Positions 1-10,515 are shown, numbered from the stretch's first letter. The stretch is 32,000 nt of DNA from Halomicronema hongdechloris C2206 (GCF_002075285.3 NZ_CP021983.2:1920001-1952000), one strand, 5' to 3'. Numbers and translations: made by a program. The notes: a model not told the origin generated them from the sequence alone.

Positions 1-1
1 G

Positions 2-640
2 TTTATCGGCGATGCTCTGATGGCAGTGTTTGGAGCCCCCCTGCCGTTACAGAACCACGCCTGGGCCGCTGTGCAATCAGCCCTGGATATGCGGCAGCGG
101 TTGGCGGCCTTTAATTGCGATCGCATCCGGCAGCAACAGCCCAAGATCCACATTGGCATCGGCATTAGCTCTGGGGAAGTGGTCTCTGGCAACATTGGCT
201 CTCACCGCAAGATGGAATATACCGTCATCGGCGACGGAGTCAACCTCAGCGCCCGCCTGGAAGGGGCCACCAAAGAATACGGTTGTGATATCGTCCTCAG
301 TGAGCACACCTACGAACTCTGCAAGGACCAAATCTGGGTACGGGAGCTCGATCGCACCCGAGTCAAGGGCAAAATGCGACCGGTCAACCTCTACGAATTG
401 ATCGCCCATCGCGATGATCCCCTGGATGCTACCACCCGAGAGTTTCTAGACATTTACCGTCAGGCTCGGCGGGCCTACACTGATATGTGCTTCCCAGAGG
501 CCATCCAGCTCTTTCAAGCGGCCGCCCAACTGAGACCAACAGATCGGGCCGTGGCCGTTCACCTGAATCGGGCCCAAGCCTACCTGCGCACCCCACCCCC
601 CGAGGGTTGGGATGGTGTCCATGTGATGACCAGCAAGTAG
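2..640 (+). CDS. Class III adenylate/guanylate cyclase catalytic domain, C-terminal part; the 5' end lies outside the window
   Basis: The frame is open from position 2 (FIGDALMAVFGAP...). Typical class III cyclase strings are present (GIGISSGEVVSGNIGS, YTVIGDGVNLSARLEG, RVKGK). A short helical tail follows, with the stop at 638-640. Confidence 0.85.
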   Translation, partial: FIGDALMAVFGAPLPLQNHAWAAVQSALDMRQRLAAFNCDRIRQQQPKIHIGIGISSGEVVSGNIGSHRKMEYTVIGDGVNLSARLEGATKEYGCDIVLSEHTYELCKDQIWVRELDRTRVKGKMRPVNLYELIAHRDDPLDATTREFLDIYRQARRAYTDMCFPEAIQLFQAAAQLRPTDRAVAVHLNRAQAYLRTPPPEGWDGVHVMTSK

Positions 641-669
641 ATAAGATGGGGGATACGTTTGGAGGCCCT

Positions 670-1404
670 ATGTCTACCCGTCAAGCCCGCTATGAGGGCA
701 AGGCTAAAATTCTCTACGCCACCGATGACCCCACCGTCTTTATCAGCCATTTCAAGGATGACGCCACGGCCTTCAATGCCCAAAAACGGGGCACGATTCT
801 CGATAAAGGCCATGTCAACTGTGCGGTGTCGACGCGGCTGTTTCAGTGGTTAGAGGCCCATGGCATCGCCACCCACTGGATTGAAACCATTTCAGAGCGG
901 GACATGCGGGTACGGGCCGTGACCATCGTGCCGCTAGAGGTGGTGGTGCGCAATCGGGCCGCCGGTAGCCTCTGTAAACAGACGGGGCTGCCCCTAGGCA
1001 GCGAGTTGGTGCCGCCATTGGTGGAGTTTTATCTAAAAAACGATGCCCTCGGCGATCCGTTGCTGACGCCGGATCGGTTGCGGCTACTGACAGTTGCCTC
1101 CGAGGACCAGGTGCAGGAACTGCGGCGATTGGCCCTAGCTGTCAATAGCTTGCTGCTTGAGTTCTTCCGACGGTGCGACATTCTGTTGGTAGATTTTAAG
1201 TTGGAGTTTGGCCTGGATCCGCAGCAGCGGTTGGTACTGGCCGATGAGATCAGTCCTGATACCTGTCGGCTGTGGGATTGTCGGGTGACTGACCCCTGCG
1301 ATCGCATCCTGGACAAAGATCGCTTCCGCCAAGATCTCGCTCAGGTAGAGGCTGCCTATCAACAGGTGCTAGATCGGGTACTGGCACAGTCGATCGAACG
1401 TTGA
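670..1404 (+). CDS. purC: Phosphoribosylaminoimidazole-succinocarboxamide (SAICAR) synthase
   Basis: MSTRQARYEGKAKILYATDDP... is a typical PurC N-terminus, and LVDFKLEFG and DEISPDTCRLWD motifs are present. GGAGG at 661-665 precedes the ATG at 670. An in-frame ATG at 646 is an alternative start. The long ORF from 487 overlaps the upstream gene and is not credible. Confidence 0.9.
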   Translation: MSTRQARYEGKAKILYATDDPTVFISHFKDDATAFNAQKRGTILDKGHVNCAVSTRLFQWLEAHGIATHWIETISERDMRVRAVTIVPLEVVVRNRAAGSLCKQTGLPLGSELVPPLVEFYLKNDALGDPLLTPDRLRLLTVASEDQVQELRRLALAVNSLLLEFFRRCDILLVDFKLEFGLDPQQRLVLADEISPDTCRLWDCRVTDPCDRILDKDRFRQDLAQVEAAYQQVLDRVLAQSIER

Positions 1405-1631
1405 CTGCGGCGATGGGGTAGAATTTGTCCGTTTAGTACCCAATTTATCCGTTTGTTAAGACTACGGGGTTTCCCGGTATACCACATTGGCCCCATAGCT
1501 GAAACCGCGTGGACTGGTTTGCAGTCGATGCGCTGGGAGCTATCTGGCGGTCAATCGCCTCAAGCTTGATGGCGGTTACTCTCGTGGCGGGAAGTCTTGG
1601 GTGGTGTGGACATATAGGCAGGTTTTAGAGG

Positions 1632-3935
1632 ATGCGCCTTTCCCCAACGCTTTTAGCAGTATTAACCGTATCAGCCGCCTGGGGGATCGCTCCCGAGGCC
1701 AATGGGCAGAGTTCATCCCCGTCGATGCGAGACAGAGACTCTGTTGTCAACATGGTAAAGTCGGTCCCGCGGGCAGCGGCCAATGCTGCTGAGACAGTAC
1801 ATCCCTCAACTAGGGCAACCATGCCGGAGATCTTAGCGGCATCTGCCCCGGTAGCCCAACGGATCCCTCCCGAGGAGGTCGAGGACTCGCTACCCACCGA
1901 CGATACCCCGGAGCCAGAGCCAGAAGTGGAGCCAGAACCAGGGCCTGTCCCGGAGCCAGAACCTTTCCCGGAGCCAGAACCTGTCCCGGACCCAAGGCCT
2001 GTCCCGGACCCAAGGCCTGTCCCGGACCCAAGGCCTGTCCCGGATCCAGAGCCTGTCCCGGACCCAGAACCTGCCCCAGAACCAGAACCAGAGCCCACCC
2101 CCCAACCACCAGGTGCGCCCGAATCGGACCCCGAAGACGAGCAGCCGGCAGAAGCTCCGGCGGAACCACGAGTATTGGTAGCTGAGCTACAGGTGGAAAG
2201 CACTGGGCAGCCGCTAACGGATGAGCTAGAGCAGGCGGTGTATGGTGCCATCTCTACTCGCCCGGGGCGCACCACCACCCGCACCCAACTGCAGCAAGAT
2301 ATCAACGATATTTTTGCCACCGGGTTCTTCGCCAATGTTCAAGCCGAACCGGAAGATACTCCCTTAGGGGTGCGAGTTACCTTCCTGGTTGAACCGAACC
2401 CAGTGCTGACCGACGTGCGGGTAGTGGGCAGCGAGGTACTACCAGAAGACGTCGTGGATGAGATTTTCAGCCCTCAGTACGGCGATATCCTCAACCTGAT
2501 TGATTTCCAAGACGGCATTCTGGAGCTGAACCAGTGGTATCAAGACAACGGGTATGTCTTGGCCCAGGTGGTCTCGGCGCCTAGGGTAAACCCCAATGGC
2601 GTCGTTACCCTGGAGGTGGCTGAGGGCGTCATCGAAGATATTCAGGTGCGCTTCCGAAATTCCGAAGGGCAGTTGCGAGATGAGGAGGGCAATCCCATCG
2701 ACGGTCGCACCCACGACTACATCATTCTGCGGGAGATGGAGACAGAGCCTGGGGATGTGTTTCGTCAGGACCAGGTGCGAGAAGATCTTAGCAATGTCTT
2801 TGGCTTAGGCATCTTCGACGATGTGCGCCTGGCCTTAAACCCCGGCCAAGAAGATCCCCGTAAGGTGACGGTCATTGTTGATATTACCGAGCGGGCTACT
2901 GGCTCCGTCGCCGCCGGGGCTGGCTTCAACTTCCGCGGCGATATCTTTGGCACGGTCAGCTACCGTCAGGACAACTTCGGCGGCAATAATCAAAAGTTTT
3001 CTGCTGAAGCCCAGCTTAGCTTCGACGATTTACTGTTTGACCTAAGCTTTACTGACCCTTGGATTGCTGGGGATCCCCATCGCACTTCTTATACCGTGAA
3101 TGGCTTTGCCCGCCGCTCCACATCCTTGGTCTTCGATGGCGGCGACAATGAGATCGACCTAGCCAACGGTGACGACGTGCGCATTCGTCGCCTAGGCAGT
3201 GGTATTAGCTTTAGCCGTCCTTTGGGAAATGGCTGGCGAGCCTCCCTGGGCACAGAGTATCAACGGGTCTCTAGTCGCGATGAAGATGGCAACCGGGTCA
3301 CCGAAGATGCCGCCGGCAATCCCTTGACCATCAGTGATAGTGGCGCCGACGATCTCTGGACGGTACAGCTAGGCGCTGTTCAGGACCGCCGTAACAATGC
3401 GCAGAACCCGACCCAGGGCAGCATTTTGCGGTTATCAGGGGAGCAATCTATTCCCATCGGTTCAGGTAGCATTTTCTCGACCCGACTGCAGGCCAGTTAT
3501 AGCTACTACGTTCCTGTCAGTTTTACCAATTTCACCGATGGCCCCGAGGCCTTGGCCTTTAATGTGCAAACGGGCACCTTCTTGGGGGATGTCCCGCCCT
3601 ATGATGCCTTTACCCTGGGGGGCACCAATTCGGTCCGGGGCTATGATGAGGGAGACTTGGGGTCTGGTAGTCGGTTCCTGCAGGCCAGTGTAGAATATCG
3701 GTTCCCGGTCTTTTCCTTCATCGGCGGGGCATTATTTGTCGATGCCGGCACCGATCTGGGCAGTTCAGACAATGTACCCGGAGATCCGGCGGGCGATCGG
3801 GGCAAGCCTGGCAACGGTTTTGGCTATGGGGCTGGAGTGCGGGTGCAGACGCCCATCGGTCCCATTCGGATCGACTATGGCATTAATGATGAGGGCGATA
3901 CTCGTATCCACTTTGGTATCGGAGAGCGTTTCTAA
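1632..3935 (+). CDS. bamA: Outer-membrane protein assembly factor, Omp85/BamA (Toc75-like) family, with an N-terminal proline-rich region
   Basis: A signal peptide ([25 protein letters not shown]) is followed by a Pro/Glu/Asp-rich linker and POTRA-like segments. The C-terminal beta-barrel ends in ...GIGERF, an aromatic terminal residue. It sits immediately upstream of lpxC-fabZ-lpxA-lpxB, the arrangement known in cyanobacteria. Confidence 0.88.
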   Translation: MRLSPTLLAVLTVSAAWGIAPEANGQSSSPSMRDRDSVVNMVKSVPRAAANAAETVHPSTRATMPEILAASAPVAQRIPPEEVEDSLPTDDTPEPEPEVEPEPGPVPEPEPFPEPEPVPDPRPVPDPRPVPDPRPVPDPEPVPDPEPAPEPEPEPTPQPPGAPESDPEDEQPAEAPAEPRVLVAELQVESTGQPLTDELEQAVYGAISTRPGRTTTRTQLQQDINDIFATGFFANVQAEPEDTPLGVRVTFLVEPNPVLTDVRVVGSEVLPEDVVDEIFSPQYGDILNLIDFQDGILELNQWYQDNGYVLAQVVSAPRVNPNGVVTLEVAEGVIEDIQVRFRNSEGQLRDEEGNPIDGRTHDYIILREMETEPGDVFRQDQVREDLSNVFGLGIFDDVRLALNPGQEDPRKVTVIVDITERATGSVAAGAGFNFRGDIFGTVSYRQDNFGGNNQKFSAEAQLSFDDLLFDLSFTDPWIAGDPHRTSYTVNGFARRSTSLVFDGGDNEIDLANGDDVRIRRLGSGISFSRPLGNGWRASLGTEYQRVSSRDEDGNRVTEDAAGNPLTISDSGADDLWTVQLGAVQDRRNNAQNPTQGSILRLSGEQSIPIGSGSIFSTRLQASYSYYVPVSFTNFTDGPEALAFNVQTGTFLGDVPPYDAFTLGGTNSVRGYDEGDLGSGSRFLQASVEYRFPVFSFIGGALFVDAGTDLGSSDNVPGDPAGDRGKPGNGFGYGAGVRVQTPIGPIRIDYGINDEGDTRIHFGIGERF
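1944..2069 (+). repeat. In-frame tandem array of seven 18-nt units (cctgtcccggacccaagg and variants) encoding (P-V-P-D/E-P-x)n inside bamA
   Basis: The units at 1980-1997, 1998-2015 and 2016-2033 are identical. The flanking units at 1944-1961, 1962-1979, 2034-2051 and 2052-2069 differ at a few positions. Confidence 0.95.
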
Positions 3936-4828
3936 TGCTAGGGTCACCGGCCTCATTCCTATCCCCAGGGTCCCCTGGGGCCCTGTTAAGGCCCCAGGGG
4001 ACCCTGGCAACTTCCTTTGAACGCACCGGCATTGGCCTCCACTCGGGACAGCAAACTACAGTGCGGGTGATGCCGGCCCCAGTCAATAGCGGTCGGTGGT
4101 TTGTGCGGCGGGATCTGCCCCAGGTGGCTGAGATTCCGGCAACGGTAGCAGCGGTGCAGCAGACCCAGCTCTCCACCGAGTTAGGTGGCGGGGGGGCTGC
4201 AATCCGCACCGTGGAGCATCTGCTGGCTGCGCTGACGGCCATGGGCATCGACAATGGGCGCATCGAGATGGATGGGCCAGAGGTGCCTTTATTAGATGGC
4301 TCGGCTCGAGAGTGGGTGCTGGCCATTGAGGCGGCCGGTCGGATCTCTCAGGGAGACCCGCGGGCAATCCTACGAGTAACTCACCCTACCTGGATTCATC
4401 GGGGCGATGCCTTTGTGGCGGCCTTGCCAGCAGAAACCCCGCGGTTTACCTATGGCATCGACTTCGATCTGGCAGCCATTGGTAATCAGTGGCACAGTTG
4501 GGCGCCAGGAGCAGGAGAGGCTTTTCAAGATGCGATCGCACCGGCCCGCACCTTTGGTCTAGCCGATCAAATCGAGCAGCTGCGGGCTATGGGCCTGATT
4601 CAAGGAGGCAGCCTAGACAATGCGCTGGTCTGCGGTTCGGAAGGCTGGCTGAACCCGCCCTTGCGCTTTGCCAACGAACCAGTGCGCCATAAGTTGCTAG
4701 ATTTAATTGGCGATTTGAGCCTATTGGGAACGCTACCCCAGGCCCATGTTGTAGCCTACAAAGCAAGTCATCAATTGCATGTGCAATTGGTAAAGACACT
4801 AGTTGATCAGGGGATAGCTGGTTCCTAG
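3935..4828 (+). CDS. lpxC: UDP-3-O-acyl-N-acetylglucosamine deacetylase
   Basis: [29 protein letters not shown] aligns in pattern with the E. coli LpxC N-terminus (QRTL...GVGLHTG...). TVEHLLAAL and the C-terminal [10 protein letters not shown] motifs are present. The ATG overlaps the bamA stop (TAATG). Confidence 0.9.
   Translation: MLGSPASFLSPGSPGALLRPQGTLATSFERTGIGLHSGQQTTVRVMPAPVNSGRWFVRRDLPQVAEIPATVAAVQQTQLSTELGGGGAAIRTVEHLLAALTAMGIDNGRIEMDGPEVPLLDGSAREWVLAIEAAGRISQGDPRAILRVTHPTWIHRGDAFVAALPAETPRFTYGIDFDLAAIGNQWHSWAPGAGEAFQDAIAPARTFGLADQIEQLRAMGLIQGGSLDNALVCGSEGWLNPPLRFANEPVRHKLLDLIGDLSLLGTLPQAHVVAYKASHQLHVQLVKTLVDQGIAGS
3965..4007. repeat. Perfect 18-bp GC-rich inverted repeat (arms 3965-3982 and 3990-4007, 7-nt loop CTGTTAA) just inside the lpxC 5' end
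   Basis: ccagggtcccctggggcc / ggccccaggggaccctgg are exact reverse complements, read directly from the sequence. Confidence 0.95.
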
Positions 4829-4893
4829 CGCCGTCTAGTGGGAGAATCAGGTAAGCCAGAAGAGCCCCTCCTGGCCTTATTGAAGCGGATGGT

Positions 4894-5412
4894 ATGACAA
4901 CGGTGGTTAACGTTAATTCGTCTCATCAGACAATTTCGGCAGACTTAGCTGGCCAGCCCTGTGCCCAGGAGCCAGAACAGCAGCAGATGTTTACTCTGGA
5001 AGATATCCAGGCGATTCTGCCCCATCGCTATCCCTTCGCCCTGGTGGATCGCATTATCGAATATGTGCCCGGCCAGCGAGCCGTGGGCATCAAAAATGTT
5101 ACCTTCAATGAGCCTCACTTTCAGGGCCATTTTCCCGGTCGGCCAATTATGCCGGGAGTCTTGATTGTGGAAGCGATGGCTCAAGTAGGCGGCATTATTC
5201 TGACCCAAATGCCGGACGTGACGGGATTATGCATGTTTGCCGGTATCGATAAGGTGCGGTTTCGGCGACCGGTTGTGCCTGGGGATCAGCTGGTGATGAC
5301 CACTGAGCTCACCCACATTAAGGGAAAGCGCTTTGGCAAAATGCGGGCCCGGGCCGTGGTAGATGGACAGTTAGTCTGTGAAGGAGATCTAATGTTTTCC
5401 GTGGTGGACTGA
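4894..5412 (+). CDS. fabZ: 3-hydroxyacyl-[ACP] dehydratase
   Basis: The [40 protein letters not shown] and GKMRA..VDG hot-dog fold motifs are present. An alternative start at ATG 4987 (MFTLEDIQ) is possible. Confidence 0.9.
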   Translation: MTTVVNVNSSHQTISADLAGQPCAQEPEQQQMFTLEDIQAILPHRYPFALVDRIIEYVPGQRAVGIKNVTFNEPHFQGHFPGRPIMPGVLIVEAMAQVGGIILTQMPDVTGLCMFAGIDKVRFRRPVVPGDQLVMTTELTHIKGKRFGKMRARAVVDGQLVCEGDLMFSVVD

Positions 5413-5481
5413 ACCAGGCCTGATGGGGCTGCTATCCTGCTATTTCATGCATCCTAGCGAACTTCTCTGGTCTCCGGAGGC

Positions 5482-6318
5482 ATGTCTTTGACTACGCTGA
5501 TTCATCCAACGGCTGTAATTTATCCCGGGGCAGACCTACACCCGAGTGTTAAGGTCGGACCCTATGCCGTCATTGGTGAAAAAGTCAAGATCGGAGCCGA
5601 GACCGAAATCGGAGCCCACGTCATCCTCGATGGCCACACCGAAATTGGCAGCCATAACCGTATCTTTCCAGGGGCTGCCATTGGCCTAGAGACTCAGGAT
5701 TTGAAATACGACGGCTCCATGAGCCAAGTCAAGATTGGCAATAACAATCGCATTCGGGAATATGTCACCATCAACCGGGCGACACACGCCGGAGAAGCCA
5801 CCCTAATCGGTGACAACAACTTGCTGATGGCCTACGTGCATGTAGCCCATAACTGCGTCATTGGTGACCAGGTGATCATTGCCAATTCTGTGGCTCTAGC
5901 GGGCCATGTCGAGGTGGAGTCCAACGCCGTGATCGGGGGCATGCTGGGGGTGCATCAGTTTGTCCATATTGGCTGCTACGCCATGGTGGGGGGGATGAGC
6001 CGGGTAGATCGCGATGTGCCTCCTTACATGGTGGTGGAGGGCCATCCCTGCCGGGTGCGAGGGCTGAATAAGGTGGGGCTGCGGCGCTCGGGCATTGCCG
6101 AAATAGGCAATGGTAAGGTACTGCGAGAGCTGAAGCAGGCCTACCGCCTGCTCTACCGCTCCCAGGAATCCTTCGAGATAGCCCTGGCCAAATTGGATCA
6201 GTTCACCAGTGAACAAACCTGCCATCTGCGGGACTTTCTACACGCCTCCCAGCAGCCAGGGCGTCGAGGTAGTTTGCCGGGGCATCGGGGGGGCACGGCG
6301 GACTCCCCTGAGGATTGA
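5482..6318 (+). CDS. lpxA: Acyl-[ACP]--UDP-N-acetylglucosamine O-acyltransferase
   Basis: Left-handed beta-helix hexapeptide repeats begin at IHPTAVI and a C-terminal helical domain is present. GGAGG lies upstream of the ATG. The gene sits between fabZ and lpxB. Confidence 0.9.
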   Translation: MSLTTLIHPTAVIYPGADLHPSVKVGPYAVIGEKVKIGAETEIGAHVILDGHTEIGSHNRIFPGAAIGLETQDLKYDGSMSQVKIGNNNRIREYVTINRATHAGEATLIGDNNLLMAYVHVAHNCVIGDQVIIANSVALAGHVEVESNAVIGGMLGVHQFVHIGCYAMVGGMSRVDRDVPPYMVVEGHPCRVRGLNKVGLRRSGIAEIGNGKVLRELKQAYRLLYRSQESFEIALAKLDQFTSEQTCHLRDFLHASQQPGRRGSLPGHRGGTADSPED

Positions 6319-6321
6319 CCC

Positions 6322-7539
6322 TTGACGGCCCCGTTTGCTGATAGGACACCGCCCCGGCCACTCCGGATTCTGATCAGTACTGGCGAAGTCTCGGGGGATT
6401 TGCAGGGAGCGACGCTGGTGGCCGCCCTACATCGTCAGGCAGCAGTCCGGGGACAGGCTCTAGACATCGTGGCCCTGGGAGGAGAGCGCATGGCCCAGGC
6501 TGGAGCTACCCTCTGGGGCGATACCACTAACATCGGGTCAGTGGGCATTTTCGAGGCTCTCCCCTATCTGCTGCCCATTTTGGCTCTGCAACGGCAGGTG
6601 AAGCGGCGGTTGCAGGCTTATCCACCTGATCTGGCCATCCTAATCGACTACATGAGTCCCAATTTGGTGCTGAGTGACTATCTGCATCGCACTTTTCCGG
6701 AGATGCCGGTGGCCTACTATATTGCTCCCCAGCAGTGGGTCTGGACTTTCAAAGTCAGTGATACCCACCGCATTGTCCGTAATGTCGATCGAGTGGTGGC
6801 CATTTTCCCGGAGGAAGCCCGCTACTACGAGAAATTTGGGGCCAGTGTCGATTGGGTCGGCCATCCCCTGTTGGATAGCATCCCTGCCCCCGCCAATACC
6901 AAAGCCGCCCGCCAGCGACTAGGCATCTCCCGGGAGGCGACCGTTGTCACCCTCTTGCCAGCCTCCCGCCACCAGGAAATCACCTATCTGCTGCCGGTGA
7001 TGTTTACGGCGGCTCAACAGTTGCAACGGCGATTGCCGGTGCAATACCTGGTGCCTATTGCCTCGGAGGCCTTGCGCCCCGCCATTGAACGGGCCGTCTG
7101 TGACTATGGTCTGCGGGCTCGCATCGTCGATGGCAAGTCTCGGGATGCCATCGCTGCTGCGGATGTGGCCTTGACTAAGTCGGGCACCGTCAATTTAGAG
7201 ATCGCTCTGTTGAATGTGCCCCAGGTAGTGGTTTATCGCCTCAATCCCCTCTCGGCCTGGATTGCTTATCACATCCTGCGATTTCACCCCCGCTATGTGT
7301 CCCCGGTTAATCTGGTGGAGATGACACCGGTGGTGCCGGAATTCATTCAGTGGCAGGCCCGGCCTGAGGTGATTGGGGAGGCCGTTTTTCATCTGTTGCA
7401 AGATCCGCAGCGGCGGCGACAGATGCTGGCAGGTTATGCCAATATGCGCCAGGCCCTGGGAAAACCTGGGGTGTGCGATCGCGCCGCCCATACCCTGCTC
7501 GATCTGATGCAACCGGCGGCACCACCTGAGGACAACTGA
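6322..7539 (+). CDS. lpxB: Lipid-A-disaccharide synthase
   Basis: ILISTGEVSGDLQG is the LpxB N-terminal signature, and YYIAPQQWVW and LTKSGTVNLE are also present. The start is TTG at 6322, 3 nt after the lpxA stop, with no in-frame ATG nearby. Confidence 0.88.
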   Translation: MTAPFADRTPPRPLRILISTGEVSGDLQGATLVAALHRQAAVRGQALDIVALGGERMAQAGATLWGDTTNIGSVGIFEALPYLLPILALQRQVKRRLQAYPPDLAILIDYMSPNLVLSDYLHRTFPEMPVAYYIAPQQWVWTFKVSDTHRIVRNVDRVVAIFPEEARYYEKFGASVDWVGHPLLDSIPAPANTKAARQRLGISREATVVTLLPASRHQEITYLLPVMFTAAQQLQRRLPVQYLVPIASEALRPAIERAVCDYGLRARIVDGKSRDAIAAADVALTKSGTVNLEIALLNVPQVVVYRLNPLSAWIAYHILRFHPRYVSPVNLVEMTPVVPEFIQWQARPEVIGEAVFHLLQDPQRRRQMLAGYANMRQALGKPGVCDRAAHTLLDLMQPAAPPEDN

Positions 7540-7721
7540 TGGTACTTCATCGAGACTTAGCCAAGGTTATCGTTCCAGTTTCCGTTCCCTGCTATACGAT
7601 TGGTCTGAGAATCCCTACAATTGAAATGCTTTACAGCGGCTAATGGATAGGGTGATGGTGCCCTCCCTAGAGAGGCACGCCAATCCCGATCCGATAATGA
7701 TGGGCTAACGAGGAGGCAGAC

Positions 7722-8399
7722 GTGAATATTCCTGAGTTGTTTGCGCGGGGCGGCATTGCCATGTGGCCATTGCTGCTCCTCTCCATTTTGGCCCTAGGCA
7801 CGATCATTGAGCGTATTTGGTTCTGGTCCAAAATTCTCACCCGAGAGCGGGAAGTGGCCGGTCGAGTGCTAGAGGCGGCCCGGCGAGACTGGTCGGCCGC
7901 CAGTGATATTGCCCAACGGGCCAATCCTCTGCCGATGGGACGGTTCCTCTCGGCTGCACTGCAGTTGCAGACCCCTGAGCCGGAGGTCTTTCGCTTGGCC
8001 CTAGAAACCGCTGCCAACGAAGAGCTGGCTACGATGCGCCGAGGCGAGAAGGTGCTGGAAGCGGTGATTGCCCTGTCTCCTCTGCTGGGTCTATTTGGCA
8101 CCGTGGTGGGCCTGATCAATTCCTTGGGCTCGATTCAGCTGAGCCAGTTGGGTAGTGACGCCACCGCTGGCACTGCCCTAGGAATCGGAGAAGCCCTGAT
8201 TAGCACGGCCACGGGCCTGGTCATCGCCATCGTCAGCCTGGCCTTTTACCGGTTATTTCAGGGATTTGTCTATGGTCAGGCCAAGGTCTTTCGGCAATCC
8301 GGGAGTGAATTAGAGCTGCTCTATCGGCAGGCCTGGGCGAAGCAGCAGCCCTCTGCCCGTAGCCTGAAGCGCCCTAATTCTGAGGTGACGCAAGCATGA
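7722..8399 (+). CDS. exbB: MotA/TolQ/ExbB proton-channel family protein
   Basis: There are three TM segments and an [15 protein letters not shown] motif. The GTG start is preceded by GAGGAGG (7709-7715). Confidence 0.85.
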   Translation: MNIPELFARGGIAMWPLLLLSILALGTIIERIWFWSKILTREREVAGRVLEAARRDWSAASDIAQRANPLPMGRFLSAALQLQTPEPEVFRLALETAANEELATMRRGEKVLEAVIALSPLLGLFGTVVGLINSLGSIQLSQLGSDATAGTALGIGEALISTATGLVIAIVSLAFYRLFQGFVYGQAKVFRQSGSELELLYRQAWAKQQPSARSLKRPNSEVTQA

Positions 8400-9034
8400 A
8401 AGTTGATTTTCTAGAGAATCCCGGGGATGAGGTGCGCCTGGAGATCGTGCCCCTGATCGATGTCATTTTCTGCATCCTCACCTTCTTCATCTTGGCGGCA
8501 GTCAGCCTCACCCGGCAGCAGGCGCTGGATCTAGACTTGCCGGCAGCTAATACCGGTGCTCCCCTGCCCTCGGCGGCCCAGAGTGAGCGGCTCTATGTCA
8601 GTGTCGATGCCATTGGCCAGGTCTATCTAGATCAGCAGCCAGTTAGTCTGGCCCTACTGCGGGATGTGCTGCTACAGCACCGGGAGACGGCTCCCAACGG
8701 CTTGATTGTGCTCTATGCGTCCCGTGATGCCCGTTACGAGGATGTGGTCAATGTCTTGGATTTACTGCGGTCGGTGGGTGGCAATCGGGTGGCCCTGGCT
8801 ACCCTACCGGGTCAAGATCCCTCGCAAACCCCGACCACTCAAGACTCTGACAGCGATACCTTTGGCGATGGCACCACCCCCGTACCCTCGCCGGAAGACT
8901 TCCCGACGCCGGAAGAGGGGTTTCCGTTAGATCCCAGCTTAGAGGGACTCCAGGAGCCTAATACGCCGTTTCCCTCGGACCCTACCCGGCAGGATGAGCC
9001 CACCGCTCCGGCGACACCGGCAGAGCCTAACTAG
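8396..9034 (+). CDS. exbD: ExbD/TolR biopolymer transport protein with a Pro/Thr/Asp-rich C-terminal extension
   Basis: The [20 protein letters not shown] helix is followed by an ExbD periplasmic domain. The start overlaps the exbB stop (ATGA at 8396-8399). Confidence 0.85.
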   Translation: MKVDFLENPGDEVRLEIVPLIDVIFCILTFFILAAVSLTRQQALDLDLPAANTGAPLPSAAQSERLYVSVDAIGQVYLDQQPVSLALLRDVLLQHRETAPNGLIVLYASRDARYEDVVNVLDLLRSVGGNRVALATLPGQDPSQTPTTQDSDSDTFGDGTTPVPSPEDFPTPEEGFPLDPSLEGLQEPNTPFPSDPTRQDEPTAPATPAEPN

Positions 9035-9045
9035 CAGCTTAGACC

Positions 9046-10515
9046 ATGGCTAGGGGGCTGCAGCAAACCGATACCCCGCTGTTAACGGCCTTGGCTGAAC
9101 AGGCGGGCCGAGCTCATGCCCGGTTCTATGCCCCGGGCCACAAGGGGGGGCAGGGAATTCCTACCGCCCTGAAAACCCTGCTGGGCCCGGCGGTGTTTCG
9201 GGCCGACCTACCGGAACTACCGGAACTGGACAATCTGTTCGCTCCTGAGGGGGTGATTGCCGCGGCTCAGACCCTGGCGGCTGAGGCGTTTGGGGCCGAG
9301 CGCAGCTGGTTTTTGGCCAATGGCTCTACCGGCGGTATCGAGGCGGCGGTGTTGGCCGCTTGCGGGCCGGGGGATCTGATTCTAGTGCCTCGCAATGCCC
9401 ATCGCTCGGTGATTTCAGCCTTAATTCTCAGTGGGGCCAGGCCGGTGTGGGTGCAGCCTGATTACGATGCCGATTGGGATTTAGTGCACGGGGTGTTGCC
9501 TCAGACAATACAGCGGGGACTGCAGCAATTTCCTGAGACTCGGGCCGTGTTGCTCACGTCTCCGACGTATCATGGCGTCTGCTCGCCGGTGGCGGCCATT
9601 GCTGAGGTGGTCCATGGGCGAGGGCTGCCACTGCTGGTGGATGAGGCCCATGGAGCCCATTTTGCCTTTCATCCGGCCCTGCCTCCGAGTGCCTTGGCAG
9701 CGGGGGCCGATGTGGTGGTGCAGTCTACCCACAAGGTGCTCTCAGCCATGACCCAGGCCTCGATGCTGCACGGCCAGGGAAATCGCATCGACTGGCGGCG
9801 CCTGCAGCAGGCCTTAGCCCTGACCCAATCCACCAGCCCCAACTACGTGCTGTTGGCTTCCTTGGATGCGGCCCGCCAGCAGATGGCGTTGCAGGGACAA
9901 CAGTACCTGCAGCAGACCCTGGCCCTAGCCGAGCGGGTGCGCGGTCAGATAGCGGCTCTGCCAGGGCTGCGCCCCTTGCAGACCACGGATTTGCCGCGGA
10001 TAGGCGCTTGGACCCTGGATACAACGCGTCTGACGGTGGAGGTGGCTGGCTTGGGGCTATCTGGGTTTGAGGCGGATATGTATCTGCATCGGGAATTGGG
10101 GGTGACGGCGGAACTGCCGACCCTACGGCATCTGACCTTCATTCTCAGTCTGGGGAATACGGAGGCTGAGGGAACCCGCTTAGTGCAGGCCTTCGGTACC
10201 CTGGCAGCTAGTTCGGGCGCGGCGGCGCCAATGCCCACGGGGACTCTGACCATGTCGGAGCCGGTCTCTGTGCCTCCCTATTCACCGCGTCAGGCTTTCT
10301 TTGCCCCCAACCAGGCTTGCCCCATTGAGGCCGCCCAGGGCCATCTCAGTGCCGAGTGTGTTTGCCCCTATCCGCCGGGAATTCCTACACTGCTACCAGG
10401 GGAAATGATCAGCCGTGATGCGATCGCAACCTTGCAAGTTATCCACCGCAGTGGCGGCATCATCACCGGCTGCAGCGACCCTAGCCTCACCACTCTGCGA
10501 GTGATTCACCCCTGA
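9046..10515 (+). CDS. PLP-dependent Orn/Lys/Arg decarboxylase family protein (fold type I)
   Basis: The FYAPGHKGG, NGSTGGIEAAVLA, LVDEAHGAHF and QSTHKVL (PLP lysine) strings are present. Substrate cannot be assigned from sequence alone. Confidence 0.85.
   Translation: MARGLQQTDTPLLTALAEQAGRAHARFYAPGHKGGQGIPTALKTLLGPAVFRADLPELPELDNLFAPEGVIAAAQTLAAEAFGAERSWFLANGSTGGIEAAVLAACGPGDLILVPRNAHRSVISALILSGARPVWVQPDYDADWDLVHGVLPQTIQRGLQQFPETRAVLLTSPTYHGVCSPVAAIAEVVHGRGLPLLVDEAHGAHFAFHPALPPSALAAGADVVVQSTHKVLSAMTQASMLHGQGNRIDWRRLQQALALTQSTSPNYVLLASLDAARQQMALQGQQYLQQTLALAERVRGQIAALPGLRPLQTTDLPRIGAWTLDTTRLTVEVAGLGLSGFEADMYLHRELGVTAELPTLRHLTFILSLGNTEAEGTRLVQAFGTLAASSGAAAPMPTGTLTMSEPVSVPPYSPRQAFFAPNQACPIEAAQGHLSAECVCPYPPGIPTLLPGEMISRDAIATLQVIHRSGGIITGCSDPSLTTLRVIHP

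Noticed and set aside
1625-2335. A 236-aa - strand ORF rich in GSGSGTG repeats, plus two further - strand ORFs at 1810-2169 and 1890-2105.
   Set aside because: These are mirror images of the Pro/Glu-rich repeat of bamA on the opposite strand. They are open only because the repeat lacks stop codons in several frames. bamA has a signal peptide, POTRA segments and a barrel, and fits the synteny.
3736-4326. ORFs at 3736-4020 (+), 3765-4010 (-) and 3883-4326 (-) spanning the bamA/lpxC junction.
   Set aside because: All overlap confidently assigned genes and are kept open by the GC-rich palindrome region.
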